From NCBI GenBank assembly GCA_000708835.1, contig DF237096.1, forward strand, positions 108,497 to 172,496: a DNA stretch of 64,000 bases. The letters run 5' to 3'. The stretch comes from Klebsormidium nitens. Taxonomy: Eukaryota; Plantae; Klebsormidiophyceae. Under the pieces are notes generated by a model. It was given only the letters and a program-made list of their open reading frames with translations, had not been told where the DNA came from and did no database searches. Positions 1-12,000 of the stretch are shown here, in pieces. A program made the translations under genes and the position numbers. How positions within the stretch are numbered: the stretch's first letter is position 1; every line of letters begins with the position of its first letter.

Positions 1-186
1 AGATGATGAAGCTGTAGTTTTGACTCCGCTCAAGGTCGAAGCGAGAAAACGTCATGGGTCGGCGGAGCTTTCATCGACTTCTCGGGCTCCCTTGGAGAGT
101 CGACCGCCTATGATATCACCATTGTACTTTTCTCACCATTGTAAATTTTCGAAGAAAGACGGTTTGAAGCCATCAACCCAGCTCAC

Positions 187-1118
187 CTTCGTATCTTGCC
201 TTATCCGGATACTCCGTCACCCCGAACCCCTGCTTCAGATTGTCAGCATACTCTCCCTCGTAGAATGCGCCGTTTGCAAAGGTATACTTGCCCTTGCCAT
301 GCCGCCGTCCGTTGGCGTAGATGCCTTCGAAAAGGTCACCGTTTGGAAAAGTCGCTTTGCCGGGGCCGTCAGGCACCCCGTCTAGGAGCTCCCCCTCCCA
401 AACCTGTCAGTCGGTGCGAGTCAGCCTGAGCTCAGTGTGGAATCTGTATTTTCAAACAACGACCTACCTATACTTGCTCTCAGAATCAGCCACTCAGTGG
501 GGGTCATTGTAGAAGTCTGAACAAGACTCGCAGCCCTGCATACTTGCTTTCAGAAAGGGAAATCTTGAGAGGCAATAAGGGACCACGTTACTCAGCACTG
601 AACATGGCAAGAAGGGAAGGGCTTGCTCTCAGAAAATTTGTATCTATCTGAGGACCAGGTTTTACACCTTGCTCAGGAATTGTAGGTTTAGCAGCTCATG
701 AATCATTGTGGATACCTGTTGAACCTTTCAAAGAGCCTTCTCTGGTTAATGTCACCTTGGGGTTCAGCGAGTGCTCGCCCACATTTACGAAAAGCCAGAA
801 CAAACAGCCCCCAGCTTAGCCCGCTTCTCTGCAGCACTTATCTTCTCGAATGTTGCAAAAGAAGGTGGCACTATTGCAACAAATCTGTGCATAATTTGCA
901 TCGTGAGTCAGGAAGCTGCTTCGGGCTTATGCCGCAAAAGGCCGCCCCACTCGATCCTGAGCACAAAGTCCAGGTCTTCAAAACTGGCCCCTTGAGGCAC
1001 AGGGGCATGCAGCTTTCTAGCTCAAGGGCAGCTTGGCATATACGATCAAGCGACCAGACTGCAATTCACAGCTCACCACTGAAGCTGCGACTTCTTCCTC
1101 CCCATCGCTGTCCCCCAT
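187..1118 (-). CDS. RSP10: MORN-repeat radial spoke head protein (RSP10/RSPH1-like), 5' part; the gene continues past the left edge
   Basis: Exon 1118-1077 (MGDSDGEEEVAASV, GTGAGC donor) splices in phase to exon 403-187 (VWEGELLDGVPDGPGKATFPNGDLFEGIYANGRRHGKGKYTFANGAFYEGEYADNLKQGFGVTEYPDKARYEG). This has consecutive MORN repeats (YxGxxxxGxxHGxG), and the VWEG start resembles chlorophyte RSP10. Confidence 0.75.
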
Positions 1119-1803
1119 TGCGCCAAAATGTGGATGGCTTGGCGGTCGATCTGCTGGATTGTATCGTGGATGAAAAGCCTTTCCTCTTCTCCTTTGCCAG
1201 TTCTTTTGGCTGCCCGCATCTAAATACTAGTCTGAGTGTTGCATAGTCTCTAGAGCTATGTACAGCATTTTCGGGGCAAGCTGTACCTACTCACCTACGT
1301 GAAGCCTGTCGAAGCGCTAATTAGAATCTAGAGCTCGTTTTGAACGTGCTCTATGAAATCTCATGAGTGGCAGGACCGCTCATGCAATTTTGCCAACGGT
1401 TTATAAACTTGCTGGAGTGGTCCATGTGCGCGCGCTTTCAAATCTGTGCTTTATAGTCGTCGATCATGGATCATCAGTCAATCTTGACCATTCTCGTTTT
1501 GTTTCAGAGATTGCCAGACAGCTTGCAAGTTTGCATTGCAGCATGCATGTCGCCGCTCGCGAGGGGACGGGAGAACGACGTCGATATTATTAGTGCTTGA
1601 CAAAATGAGACGGAGTCATTTGCATTGTCAAATGCAGATTCGAAGTGAAGTGCTTTTGTTCAAGGCTCCGTTCGCGGGAAGAACGCTTCGTGGGGGTTCA
1701 GCTTGCCTGAATGCAGAGCCGCGCGGGGCTGTGTTCGATGGCAATATGTCTCCTCTAGAGTGTTGAATCTGATTGTACCTATCCAAGAAGCTGCACCGCG
1801 GGC

Positions 1804-4800
1804 ATGGAGAGCGCCTGGGTTAACCAATCGTATGCTCAAGGCATGGCGGACCAATGGTGGTCGCACTATGGAGATGGCGCTCAGACGCCCATCTTCCAAG
1901 CTTGGGAAGCAGCCTATAGCTTTCCTGCTTTTCTTACCACCCTTCCCCCTCCTCCCCCTCCTCCCCCTCACCTAACAGTGCCTCTTCCCCCCTCTCCACC
2001 TTCAGCGGTCCAACCTTCGGCATCCCAACCATTGGAGAATGGAAAAAGCATTCGGCAACTCCGGAGAATGAGACAACGTGCTGCACAAGTCCAGCGAGCG
2101 CAGCTGCAGCAAGCAGCGAGTCAGTCAGGCGTGCCGAAAGGCGTTGGGGTGAAGAGAGCACGAGAGGCATTCCCGGCAGATCGGAAGGTGGGCCCATTTC
2201 AAAGGGCCTTAGAGCGGGGCAGGGAGGAGCAGAGGAGAGGGAAGAAGCAGCGGTTGGAAGCACTGCCTCTGACAAAGAAGGCACTGCCTGAAAAGGGTGC
2301 GAGAAGAGTTGCTCTCAAGGGTGCTAAGGCAACCAGAGTGGCGGGCACACCAACACCTTCAACGTCGTCGCCACATTTGCTTGCGGAAAGCGGCTTTGTG
2401 ACAGACAACAAAGCAGCAAGGGTAGACAACGAACCAGCAAGGGTAGGGGGTGTGGCCACCAAGCCTTGTCTATCCGAAGGGAGGTGTGTGGGGGAGGCGT
2501 TGGAGCTGCAAGCGAAAAAGGTGAAGTGGCGCTCAAGATGGGACCAGAAAGGAGAGGCGGACGCCCCAAGGCGGGAGGATCAGAGTCTGGGCCTTGAAGT
2601 GCAAGACGGGACAGTGTTGTTGGAGAAGCAAACGGGTCAGGCTGGTGGCTCGAAGTCTGCCAACAAGCGGGCGAAAGAAGGGCCGAGTGGAGAAATGGAA
2701 GCATTGAAGCGGGGAAATCAGAGTCTGCTATCCAAACTGCAGAACGCGGTGGTCGAAAAACAGAAGGCATACATTGCTGAATTGGAGTGGAGGTCCACTC
2801 AGGCATGGGTGAACCAGGAGCAGAGAGCGGTGATTGACAGGTGCCAGTGGGCGGAGTCAGAAATGCAGGCGATGAAGACGCTGTGCGACAGTCTGAGCGG
2901 GGAGAGGGACCGGTTGCAGCGGCAGGTGCATGCATCTCAAGAGGAGCTTGAAGCTGCAAAGGCGGCTTCCAAAGCAGAACTTGAGGCTGCCAAGGTTGAG
3001 TGCGAAGCTGACCTGGAGGCGGTCAAGGCTGCTTACAAGAGGCAGATTGAAGCGGCGAAAGGCGAAACTGCTGCGGCAAACAAGCTGCTGGCGGTCGCCA
3101 AGAACGTGAACGCGCTCAGGCTGAAAACGAGCAAAGTGGAGGCGGAAGCGGCGAAGCGTCTGCGAGAGGAGAGCGAAGAAGCGCTCAAGCTGCAGAAGAA
3201 GGCGTGTGCGGAGATGAGCGACGCACTGGCGGCTCTGCAGGAGCGTGACGCTGATGTCAGCGCCCGGCTCGGCGTGATTGGAGCCAAGCTGGGGATTCAG
3301 TCAGCGAGACCGGAGGACATCCAAGTGGCGGTGGTTTCGTCGCAGTCGGCTTTGGGGTCGGCAAAGGAGAGGGAGAAGGAACTAGAGAGGAGACTTTTCT
3401 ACAGCGGAAAGGACAGGACGGATCTGCGCCGAGCGGAGGACAGGGCGAAGCAACTAGAACGGAAGAACCTGGAGCAAGAGAAGATGCTGCAGGAAGGCAA
3501 GGTGCTGTTGGAGGAGAGGCAGCGGCAAGTGCAGGATCTGAAAGCAGATCTGAAGGTGGAGAAAGAAAAGGGGAGGCTCCGAGAGGCTGAGTTTCGAAAG
3601 GACTTGAGGGATGCAGATGCAAGGGTCGCCCGTTTGGAGGCCAGTCAGAAGACTTTCGAACTTGACAATGGGGCTCGGAGACAGTCCTCGGAGGCACGAA
3701 GAGCAAAGAAGGAACTAGAGGAGGGGGAGGTGGCACCGGAGTTGCCAGACATACTCCAGGACGAGTCCTCTCAAGAGGAGGGGCGGGAGAGTCAGGGGCG
3801 CAGCGGGTTTGAAGCTTCTGAGTTCTTGGGGGAAGGAGAACGGGTGGCTGCTGCACAGGCAAAAGAAGGCCGAAACGGTTGGTCTAAAGGCGTTGAGGAG
3901 TTAGAAGGAAAGCTTGCAGCCGAGAGACAGCGGGTCACGGAGTTGGAAAAGGACTTGGAGCTATCGCGGCAGCAAAGGGAAAGTCTGGAGGGAGCGTTAC
4001 GGGTGGCAGAGGTGGAGCGGTTGGAAGAGTTGAAAGCAAGGGAGGGGGAGTTGTTTGAAGAGGTGCAACAAGAGCGACGGCGGAGGGAGTTTCTTGAGAG
4101 AGAGATGGAGGCGGCAGAGGCGGATCAGATGGAAGAGTTGGAAGCAAGGGAAAGAGAGTTGCGAGAGGCGGGGTCGAGGCTACAGCAGATGGAACAGCAG
4201 GTGCAGCACCTCAAAGGGCAGCAGGTGAGGATCTCGGTAACGCCGTCAAATTCTGAATATTTTTGAATCTGCTCTTTGGAGTTGGTGATGATAGTCGACT
4301 GCACGCTTGCGGTTGTCTTTCTTCGAGTTGTCAGGTACATAACGCTTGGGATTTGTTTCTTTCTTGTCAGAATGAGGCATCAGGCGATTCACCGATCTGG
4401 GCTTGCATATGCGAAAAAGGGGTTCTTCGAATGGCTTATGTCGTATGCTGACTGAGATCAATTTCGAACACTCGCTTATACGGGTTGGGTCTGAGAAAAT
4501 CATCATGAAAAGTTCTGAATGCCGGCTTCTATTAGTTGGGTGCGAATTTCCATACGTCGATCAGAAGTGCTTGCATCTTCTCTATTGATGTGCATGTCCG
4601 TTGTGCTCGTTGGTCGCGCTGGCCCAGTTGTTCTCGGTCTTGTTCGGAAATCATCCTAAGACGACTGTTCTTGGTCTTGATCGAAACTTGCTCTTACTCG
4701 ACGCAGGTGGAATTGGAGAAGGCTGCGGATGCAAACCTCTGTCTCTGCTTGGAGAGAGACTCGGACACAGTGGTCGTCCCATGCGGGCACACTATGTGCG

Positions 4801-4970
4801 CGTTTTGTTGGGAGAAGCACGAGAAGATGCACAAGCCTGCGGCGACAAAGAAGAAGGGGTGTAGTCCCATTTTGTGTCCTTTATGTAAAGCCGAAGCTTA
4901 TGCGGTTCAGCCAGTGTATAAATCGGGCCTCATAGAAGACAGCGCCATACTTGTCAGTTGTTGTACATAA
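1804..4970 (+). CDS. Large proline-rich/coiled-coil protein with a C-terminal RING finger (putative E3 ligase)
   Basis: A long exon 1804-4224 (polyproline, then an extended E/K/R/A heptad-rich region) ends at CAG|GTGAGG. It splices to 4707-4970, encoding C-L-C..PCGH..CAFC..CPLC, a RING-HC-like pattern. Confidence 0.75.
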
Positions 4971-5864
4971 AGATAGTCAAGTTGGCGAGTTGCTTCCTTG
5001 AAGCTGTAAAGGACATGAATCTAAACCATCTCGCAAGACGAAGCTTCAACTGCACGCACTGTACCAAACGACGGAAGCTCAAAATATCACCGTTTTGAAT
5101 TTCAAAATTAAAGCGATATATGCAACGAATCGGGGTTTTGGTATTGGCAACACACCAATTGAAGGATTTGCTTGAATTTTCTTCAATTAGGCTCAAATCA
5201 TCGATTCGATTATGTTCAACTTCATATCCGTATTGATTGCATCATGATAAGTCGGACTTCCAATATATCCGGACTGAGCTCTTGCTTAAGATCATCATGT
5301 GTGCAAATAGACAATCTCATGTTACAACTAGCTACTAATGAAAAAGCTAGATACGATCGAGGTTTTGTGATCCAGTTGACATGTACCGTATATACCAATT
5401 GGGGCGCCCGTACAGGCTAACTTTGGTTTTGCGTGGGCCTCGCGCTCTTAAGTCGCGAGTTTGACTCGAGCTGGCATGTGCGCTCGATCTGCGAAAATGC
5501 TCGCGCAGGCCATGCGCAGAATACAATTTGACTTTCGATCCGAATATCGAGAGCCTGCTGCCAACTTTGGCGAATATTTGCAGTGTGGACCGTCTGCATG
5601 AGTAGGAAGTTATACGATAAATGCATGCATGATCAAATATTGCAGGCTCGAGACGGTCTTAAATATCTCGGGCTTGAGTCCGACATCTGCCACATGCGAG
5701 CAGACGTCCCACATGTAGCTCAGTGGCACCCAGCGTGACCGCAATGCAACAGCTCCTCTACTGTCATTCAGAAAACAATTTAGAGCTCGATCGATGAACG
5801 CCCGCTAACGGGCATTAGCCAGGCTGACTCATTCTTGATCAGAATACAGCAGCGTCACTAAGTA

Positions 5865-8540
5865 TCAAGTGACTGTCAATCCACGGTCACCATTGCTGCA
5901 CGGCAAACAGTCACCTCGGCGTGAGTCCCCCGCCCGTGGCCCATCGTCATTTTGCATGAGGTTTATCCTGACTTTACTCGGGCCATTTGGCTGCGCTCCA
6001 GTCGTCTCCTTGGGTCGGGCTACTTCAGCATCCAGCATGAGGACCTCCCATCTGCCTGGCCCAACAAGGTTGTAGTACAACGTGCTGCCACCTGTTGCAA
6101 GGCAAACCGAATAGGTCGATCGACTGCTCTATGAGTATGTGCAATTAGAACATTTGAAAGCCTCGACAGAATCCAGTGAAGGGTAATATGTTAAGCTACG
6201 TTGCAAATCGTTGAACAATCCCAATCCTGGCCCTCAATCGCCAACCCCCACGACGAACTTCAGGAAGGCTCTCTCAATTCGAGAACCGCGGCCCAGGATT
6301 GTTTTCATTCTCAAACGACGATCCCATGGTCGTCTCGGTGCTTCAACGGGCGGGCTTGCACGGCTTTCGGACACCAGGCTTCCCGATCCAAAAGTGTGAG
6401 TCACAGGTCAACGTATACCGAAGCAAGAAGGGACACTCCTCCAAGCTTGTAGCTCTCTTGCAGCTCAACTTGGATCAGAAAGCTACTTTTTCGTTCTTTC
6501 AGCTGCTTCTCTTGAGACGCAGAGAGTCAGCCAGATATGCGTGCTGAAAGCCTGAGGTTGTGTACAAGCGCGGTAAACCATAACGAATCTAAACGAGGAA
6601 GAAGCTGACTCTTACACGATCCGAGGGTACAGGTGAAAGGACACCGTTCAGAGGCTTCTGATTGCCAACGTCGCTCCACGTTGATAAAGCCGGAATGGTT
6701 CACGTTTACTCACAATGAGGGGTGTGATGTTAGCCTGGGGGTCCGCCTTGGTTCATGACGGCGGCAAGGCGAGTAAGGTTTTTAAAACGGTATTTCGACA
6801 CAAACATCGGTTGAAAGACGGAACCGGCAAAACGATTTTGGAAAGTAGGACAAGAGCGGAAAAAACTTGCCGTCGAAACGAATCGCTTTCAGCTGCAGCG
6901 TGGCGGTCCCCCTGGACCCCGAGATGGGAAAGCTGCACGAGGCGGAGTGCCCACTGTGGCCCCGCCCGAGGGATCCCTCGTACCACGGACCGCTCGCAAT
7001 GTCGTCACCCAGGATCTGCTGCAGCCGGGCGTCGGCAGCGGCCACCTCCATAGCTTGGCTGCAAGCGAAGAAAGAGGCGTTCCAGAACAACTAAAACATG
7101 GGTTTCTATGGACGCACGGAGCCTTCACGAGACCAAGATTGATCAGCTGGAAACCTTCACACACTTTCATGCACTTTTCAAATTCAAGACGGGTCTGGGG
7201 CCCAGTCACGTCACACATTGTTATGAGGCGAGACCTGATTCTCAAGGGCTTGATAGGATGCACGGCCCTTGAAGACAAAGAGCGAAGAAGAGACGTCGAG
7301 ATAGGGCATCAATAATCTGCTTGACTGAACTCTAAGCCTCCGGCAAGTGGGCCGACCAGATAGATGAAGAGAGGAAACTTGTTTCTGAGATCCGCCAATG
7401 TCTTTCAGCACCTTTCAAGAAGCTCATTCTCAATAGATCATTTACTTTGATCAGACATGGCCCAGCTGACCAGTCCCGCACTTGACGCTGTAGTTGTTGA
7501 CGCAACCACAGTTTTTGGATAGTGGCGATACTGCCTCGGAAAAGCGATGCATTTGAGCTTGGCCGCATGAAGTGGGCGTGAGCAAACAATACTCAGGAAT
7601 TCAAAGAGCCAGTCAGCCTGCACTCTGTAACTGACCTTAAAAGGGAATTGACATGGAGGAATCGACAATCTGACATCATCGATGTTACAGCGGCAGGTTT
7701 ACCTTCTACATTTGTTGAAGGTCAGCAAGTCATCGACAGCGTAAGATGCGGCAATCCCAGTCGCAGCAAAGAGCCCCACAGCCCCCGCTCGCCATGCCCA
7801 TTGGTTCTTCTTAGAGGCATCATGTGAGACCTCGGTCTCAGGTCGTCCTGAGGTGGATTCCAATGATGCTGCAGTAGTGGCGCTGGTGCTGAACCTGATC
7901 AAAGGCAGGGCTATGATGGGGTCAGCATCCAGGTTTGGTGTGAGCCCAGGGCCCCTAAAGTTGGTTGGAAAGTTTCCTGAAGCGCGCAACCATCACTTCA
8001 ATCAAGCTAAGAAGAGGACAGAACACAAATCTTAAACCTGTTCTTTATGAATGATTGGACGACACCTGAGCATGCTTGGACTTGTTCTTATGAACATGCT
8101 CCTCTCCTACCCCATGAGCATCACTAAGAGATCCAAAAGCAAGAGTATCATCGCTTCGAAGCTTCCACAACTTTGTGTCGGATGCACCACCTTACCATCA
8201 AGCACTGTTCACATGATTGAGTAGGCAAGTTGGCAGCATTGCTACAGACGAATCATGCACCTGGCATCAAGCATGAGCCCCTGTGGCTGAATTGCAAAGA
8301 TCAATAGCAATCTACGCAATCATCATGACACATCCAACAGGAACTACTATGTGCACGCTCAATCGCAAAGAAGTGTAAGTCAATTGCAGCTCCCATATGC
8401 TGTCCTAACCTGGACAGAGAACTCTGATTTGTGGCACAGAGACCTCTACACAAAGCTGCAGGGTGCCCTGCTTTAGTTGCCACCGTTCCAGAGATCCACT
8501 CGGATGCTGCCACTACAGATCTTCCGCCAGGGACTTTCAT
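5865..8540 (-). CDS. Mitochondrial cytochrome c oxidase assembly protein COA1/Tim21-like
   Basis: Exons at about 7975-7703 (transmembrane segment WAWRAGAVGLFAATGIAASYAVDD), 7058-6871 (SQAMEVAAADARLQQILGDDIASGPWYEGSL..SCSFPISGSRGTATLQLKAIRF) and 6091-5865 (PGRWEVLMLDA..RINL) resemble the plant Coa1-domain family. The start (MKVPGG at 8540) and 5' splicing are tentative. Confidence 0.7.
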
Positions 8541-9044
8541 AGCAGCCACAGAGAGCTCAGACGCTGCTTCATTTCTAACTTGGAAATGTCTGCGGAGATG
8601 TACGATGAGCACAGCAGCTGGCTGCGTTTCAACCTGACGGCCACGTTGATCACGAACTTAGCACCAGTCGCTTCTGCTTCTTCCTTTGCTGAGCAGCACG
8701 TTCAGGCAGCGCTCTGCTCCTCTGCTGCCTTGTTCAAGTTGTCATGCCCCTCGATGCTTGTTGGGCCACGTTCAGTACTACAGCAGCTGATGTGAATTGG
8801 CGCTTCTGGAAGCAGCCATGCAGACACGTTCAAGAACTTTGACCCAGGCACGGAGTGTTTTCACACTTTAAACAGGTCGCGTGGACGTTTTTGGCCACAA
8901 TCAGGGACGTCCAGATCATTGAATTTGTGGCGGGTTTCCTTGAAGTTGAAGACTTTCTCACGACAGAAGCAGAAGCCCAGGTCAAGCCCAGGTGGAGGGC
9001 GGTGCTTCAAAGCCGTTCACAGATACGCCTGAAAGCAGAGCGAG

Positions 9045-12000
9045 ATGGCCCTTGCGTCCGGAAGGATGCGTCTGCAGCCACTTCTTAGGCAAGGCGCCAG
9101 GCTCGCAGCAAGCCTGCAAACGAGCGGCAGAGGCGCTGCTGCTCTGGAAGGGGATGCTTTTTCAGCAGCATCGCTGGCAACTGAAAGGCCAGCGGCAGTG
9201 ACCGCCACATGGGGACGCTCGCTTGGCACAGCCGCTGCTTTGGCTGATGGTAAGGCGTACTTAAAAGGAAAAGATATCAGTGATAGCCGTAACTACGGAT
9301 TCTGCAGCTGCAGCTCGGGGCAAGAACACTAGCCACAGGTCTGATGCAAGAAGAGAGGATTTCAAGAGATTTGTGTGGCCCTGATTTGAGGGTGCCAGTC
9401 CTTTGAAGGGCCGAGTTAAGGGGGGTTTTGTCAATCTGATGTTCTTCCATGCTAGCAATCTACGCCGTTGGCAATATCCGCAATGCTGTGGATTGTTGGA
9501 CCAGCTGCCAGTGAAGCAGGCGTGTCCTTGAGTCTTTGCTATCTTACTGGTGGCTTGGTGGTGCATGCCTAAAGTTTTCCTTGCACCATCAAGTCCAGCC
9601 TTGGTGCATCTTTCATGTTTCTAATCTGCAACCCTCGGGAGATGAAGAATGTAAATTCCAAGTTTTCTTTTATATCATCAAGTGGACTTTTCATGGTTAT
9701 CATCAAGATCTCAACAAATAATGAAGAACATAGATTGTACGCTTAGTGTATTCATCTGGTGTAGACACCGAAAAAGCAGTGAAATTTGTGAATGCTGGAA
9801 AGCTCAGGCCCCAATGATCTGAGCATGTATAGATAACTCTTGGCAATAGGTTTAGTTGGTATGTTTTTGCAATCAGAGAGAAGAGTATTGCACCTCTTTA
9901 AGCACCCGGTGTGCTTTGCGCGCAGCTTACAGGACTAATTCATTCGCACCACCTCTTAGCAGACAAGGTCATCGCATCGTGCATGACACCAGTTTCCAAC
10001 GTTCCAAGAACTGTTTTTACTTTGCCTGGTTTTCTGTCTACCTCTGTTTGCCTGGTTTTCTGTCTACCTCTGTTTCGTTAAAGCGACCTACATATAACAA
10101 GTAACTACAGAGTCGCTCATACTCTTCCTTACCCTTCTGTTTCATACAGACCGATCACACATCATAAGTAGTTCAAGAAACACCTTTTCATCAGCATCAT
10201 AATGCCTTTCATATTTTGCAGAGGAGCCCCCTCCCGCTGCTCAGCCTCCTGCTGAGGACGAGGAAGAGGTTGGCATCAACCTAAAAGGCGTGCACATGCT
10301 GGGGAGGCCGCTCTATCTGGACATGCAGGCAACCACGCCGGTTGACCCCCGCGTGCTCGACGCCATGCTGCCATACTACTTAGATCAGGTGAGACTGGAG
10401 GTTTTCTTTGCCCGTTGATTGCTGAGGTGGTCCCTGTACTTCTCGACAGGAACCATGCAAGTGCCCCTGCGTTCGTTGGACCTTGAGTCCTCCTGTCGTG
10501 TGTGATGCGATGAGGAAAATTGTCATCGCCTTGAAGGAACTCTCCAGAGGGAAAGCAGTTTAACTGATCAGTGGGGGCGATGGAGCGCGGGGGCGATGGA
10601 CCGCGAAGATGTCGATGCTTGGATGCAAACGGATTAGAAATCTGAAGCCGATTGATATGTCTGCGCTGCGGTGCCGATTGTGTATCTATGAAAATGTGTT
10701 GTTGGCCACTTATGTCAACTTCACACCGTAAAGGATCATGATTCCATTGAGTAGAGGGCAGGAGTGACAGTTAGTGCCAATCTGAAAAGTTTCTAGACGT
10801 GCATTTTGAGATCCCCCTCCTACTGGTCAGGGATGCTGATTGTTCTTTCCCTCCCCGCATGCAGTATGGCAACCCACACTCAAGGACGCACATGTATGGG
10901 TGGGAGAGTGAGAGCGCGGTGGAAAAGGCTAGACAGGTGAGGTCTTCTTGCGGTTCCCTTCTGCTAGAAATTGCTTCAGGCAGGCCTCATGTTTACTCTC
11001 GATGCTTTGTCTATGTTGATGCCAAAGCAAGCTGCTTGAAGTGAGGATTGTCGGATCAAAGTTGATCTCGTGTTGTGGCGATTCTGGGACCAGCTTCTCG
11101 TTTGATGAATCAGAGTTGCTTCCGTCCAACTTTGGGCCCCTGTTGAGGGATCAGAGTCACTTCCGCCCGACTTTGGGCCCCTCTTCCATCGTGGACATCC
11201 TGTTCTCCGCCGGCTCAGTCACTTTCAATCTGTAGATGTTAATCCTCTCCTTAACCCGCTCTTCTTACCTTTCTACAGCAAGTGGCTGACCTGATTGGCG
11301 CCAGCCCCAAGGAGATTGTCTTCACCTCAGGCGCGACTGAGTCCAACAACATCGCGACCAAGGGCGTGGCCCACTTCTACAAGGGCAAGAAGCGCCACAT
11401 CATCACCACGCAGACGGACCACAAGTGCGTGCTCGACTCCTGCCGGTACCTTCAGCAGGAAGTGAGCACTTCTCAACTTACCTGACCTCAGGAGAAGTTT
11501 CCTGTTTGTTGATCTGTTATGGCAACGACTCAGGTTTAGGTTTCTATTTCTCCTGTGGAAGCCGTTGAATTTAGTCCTTTGTATGAGCGCTTACTTCTGC
11601 CGTCTTTTCCTGCTTTATCCGTGTCTAAGCAGGGGAAGGGGTCTTCTTGGGGCTGCGTCCCGTTACAGATCCTCCCGTGCTTTGAACGGATGCTGAAGCT
11701 TTCGCAACGAACTTTCCAGCAAAGCACGGCGGCTTGTTATTCTGCATTTTCCTGAAGCAGAGCATGCCGTAACCACGAGCAGAAAACTGTTCAAGCGCCT
11801 ATCGGACGCCCCTTCACGACCTCGTTTTGTTTCCCTGCAGGGCTTCGACCTGACGTACCTTTCCATCAAGCAGGACGGTTGAATCGAACCCGAGCTCCTG
11901 AAGAACAGCATCACTACACATTTCCAGACTCTTGATTAGTGTCTATCGAACGCCTGCTTACGACGCCGCTTCGTGCCTTTTGCAGGGCTTCGACGTGACG

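Noticed and set aside
698-1246. 182-aa + strand ORF
   Set aside because: It overlaps the RSP10 first exon and intron on the opposite strand, and has no domain-like features.
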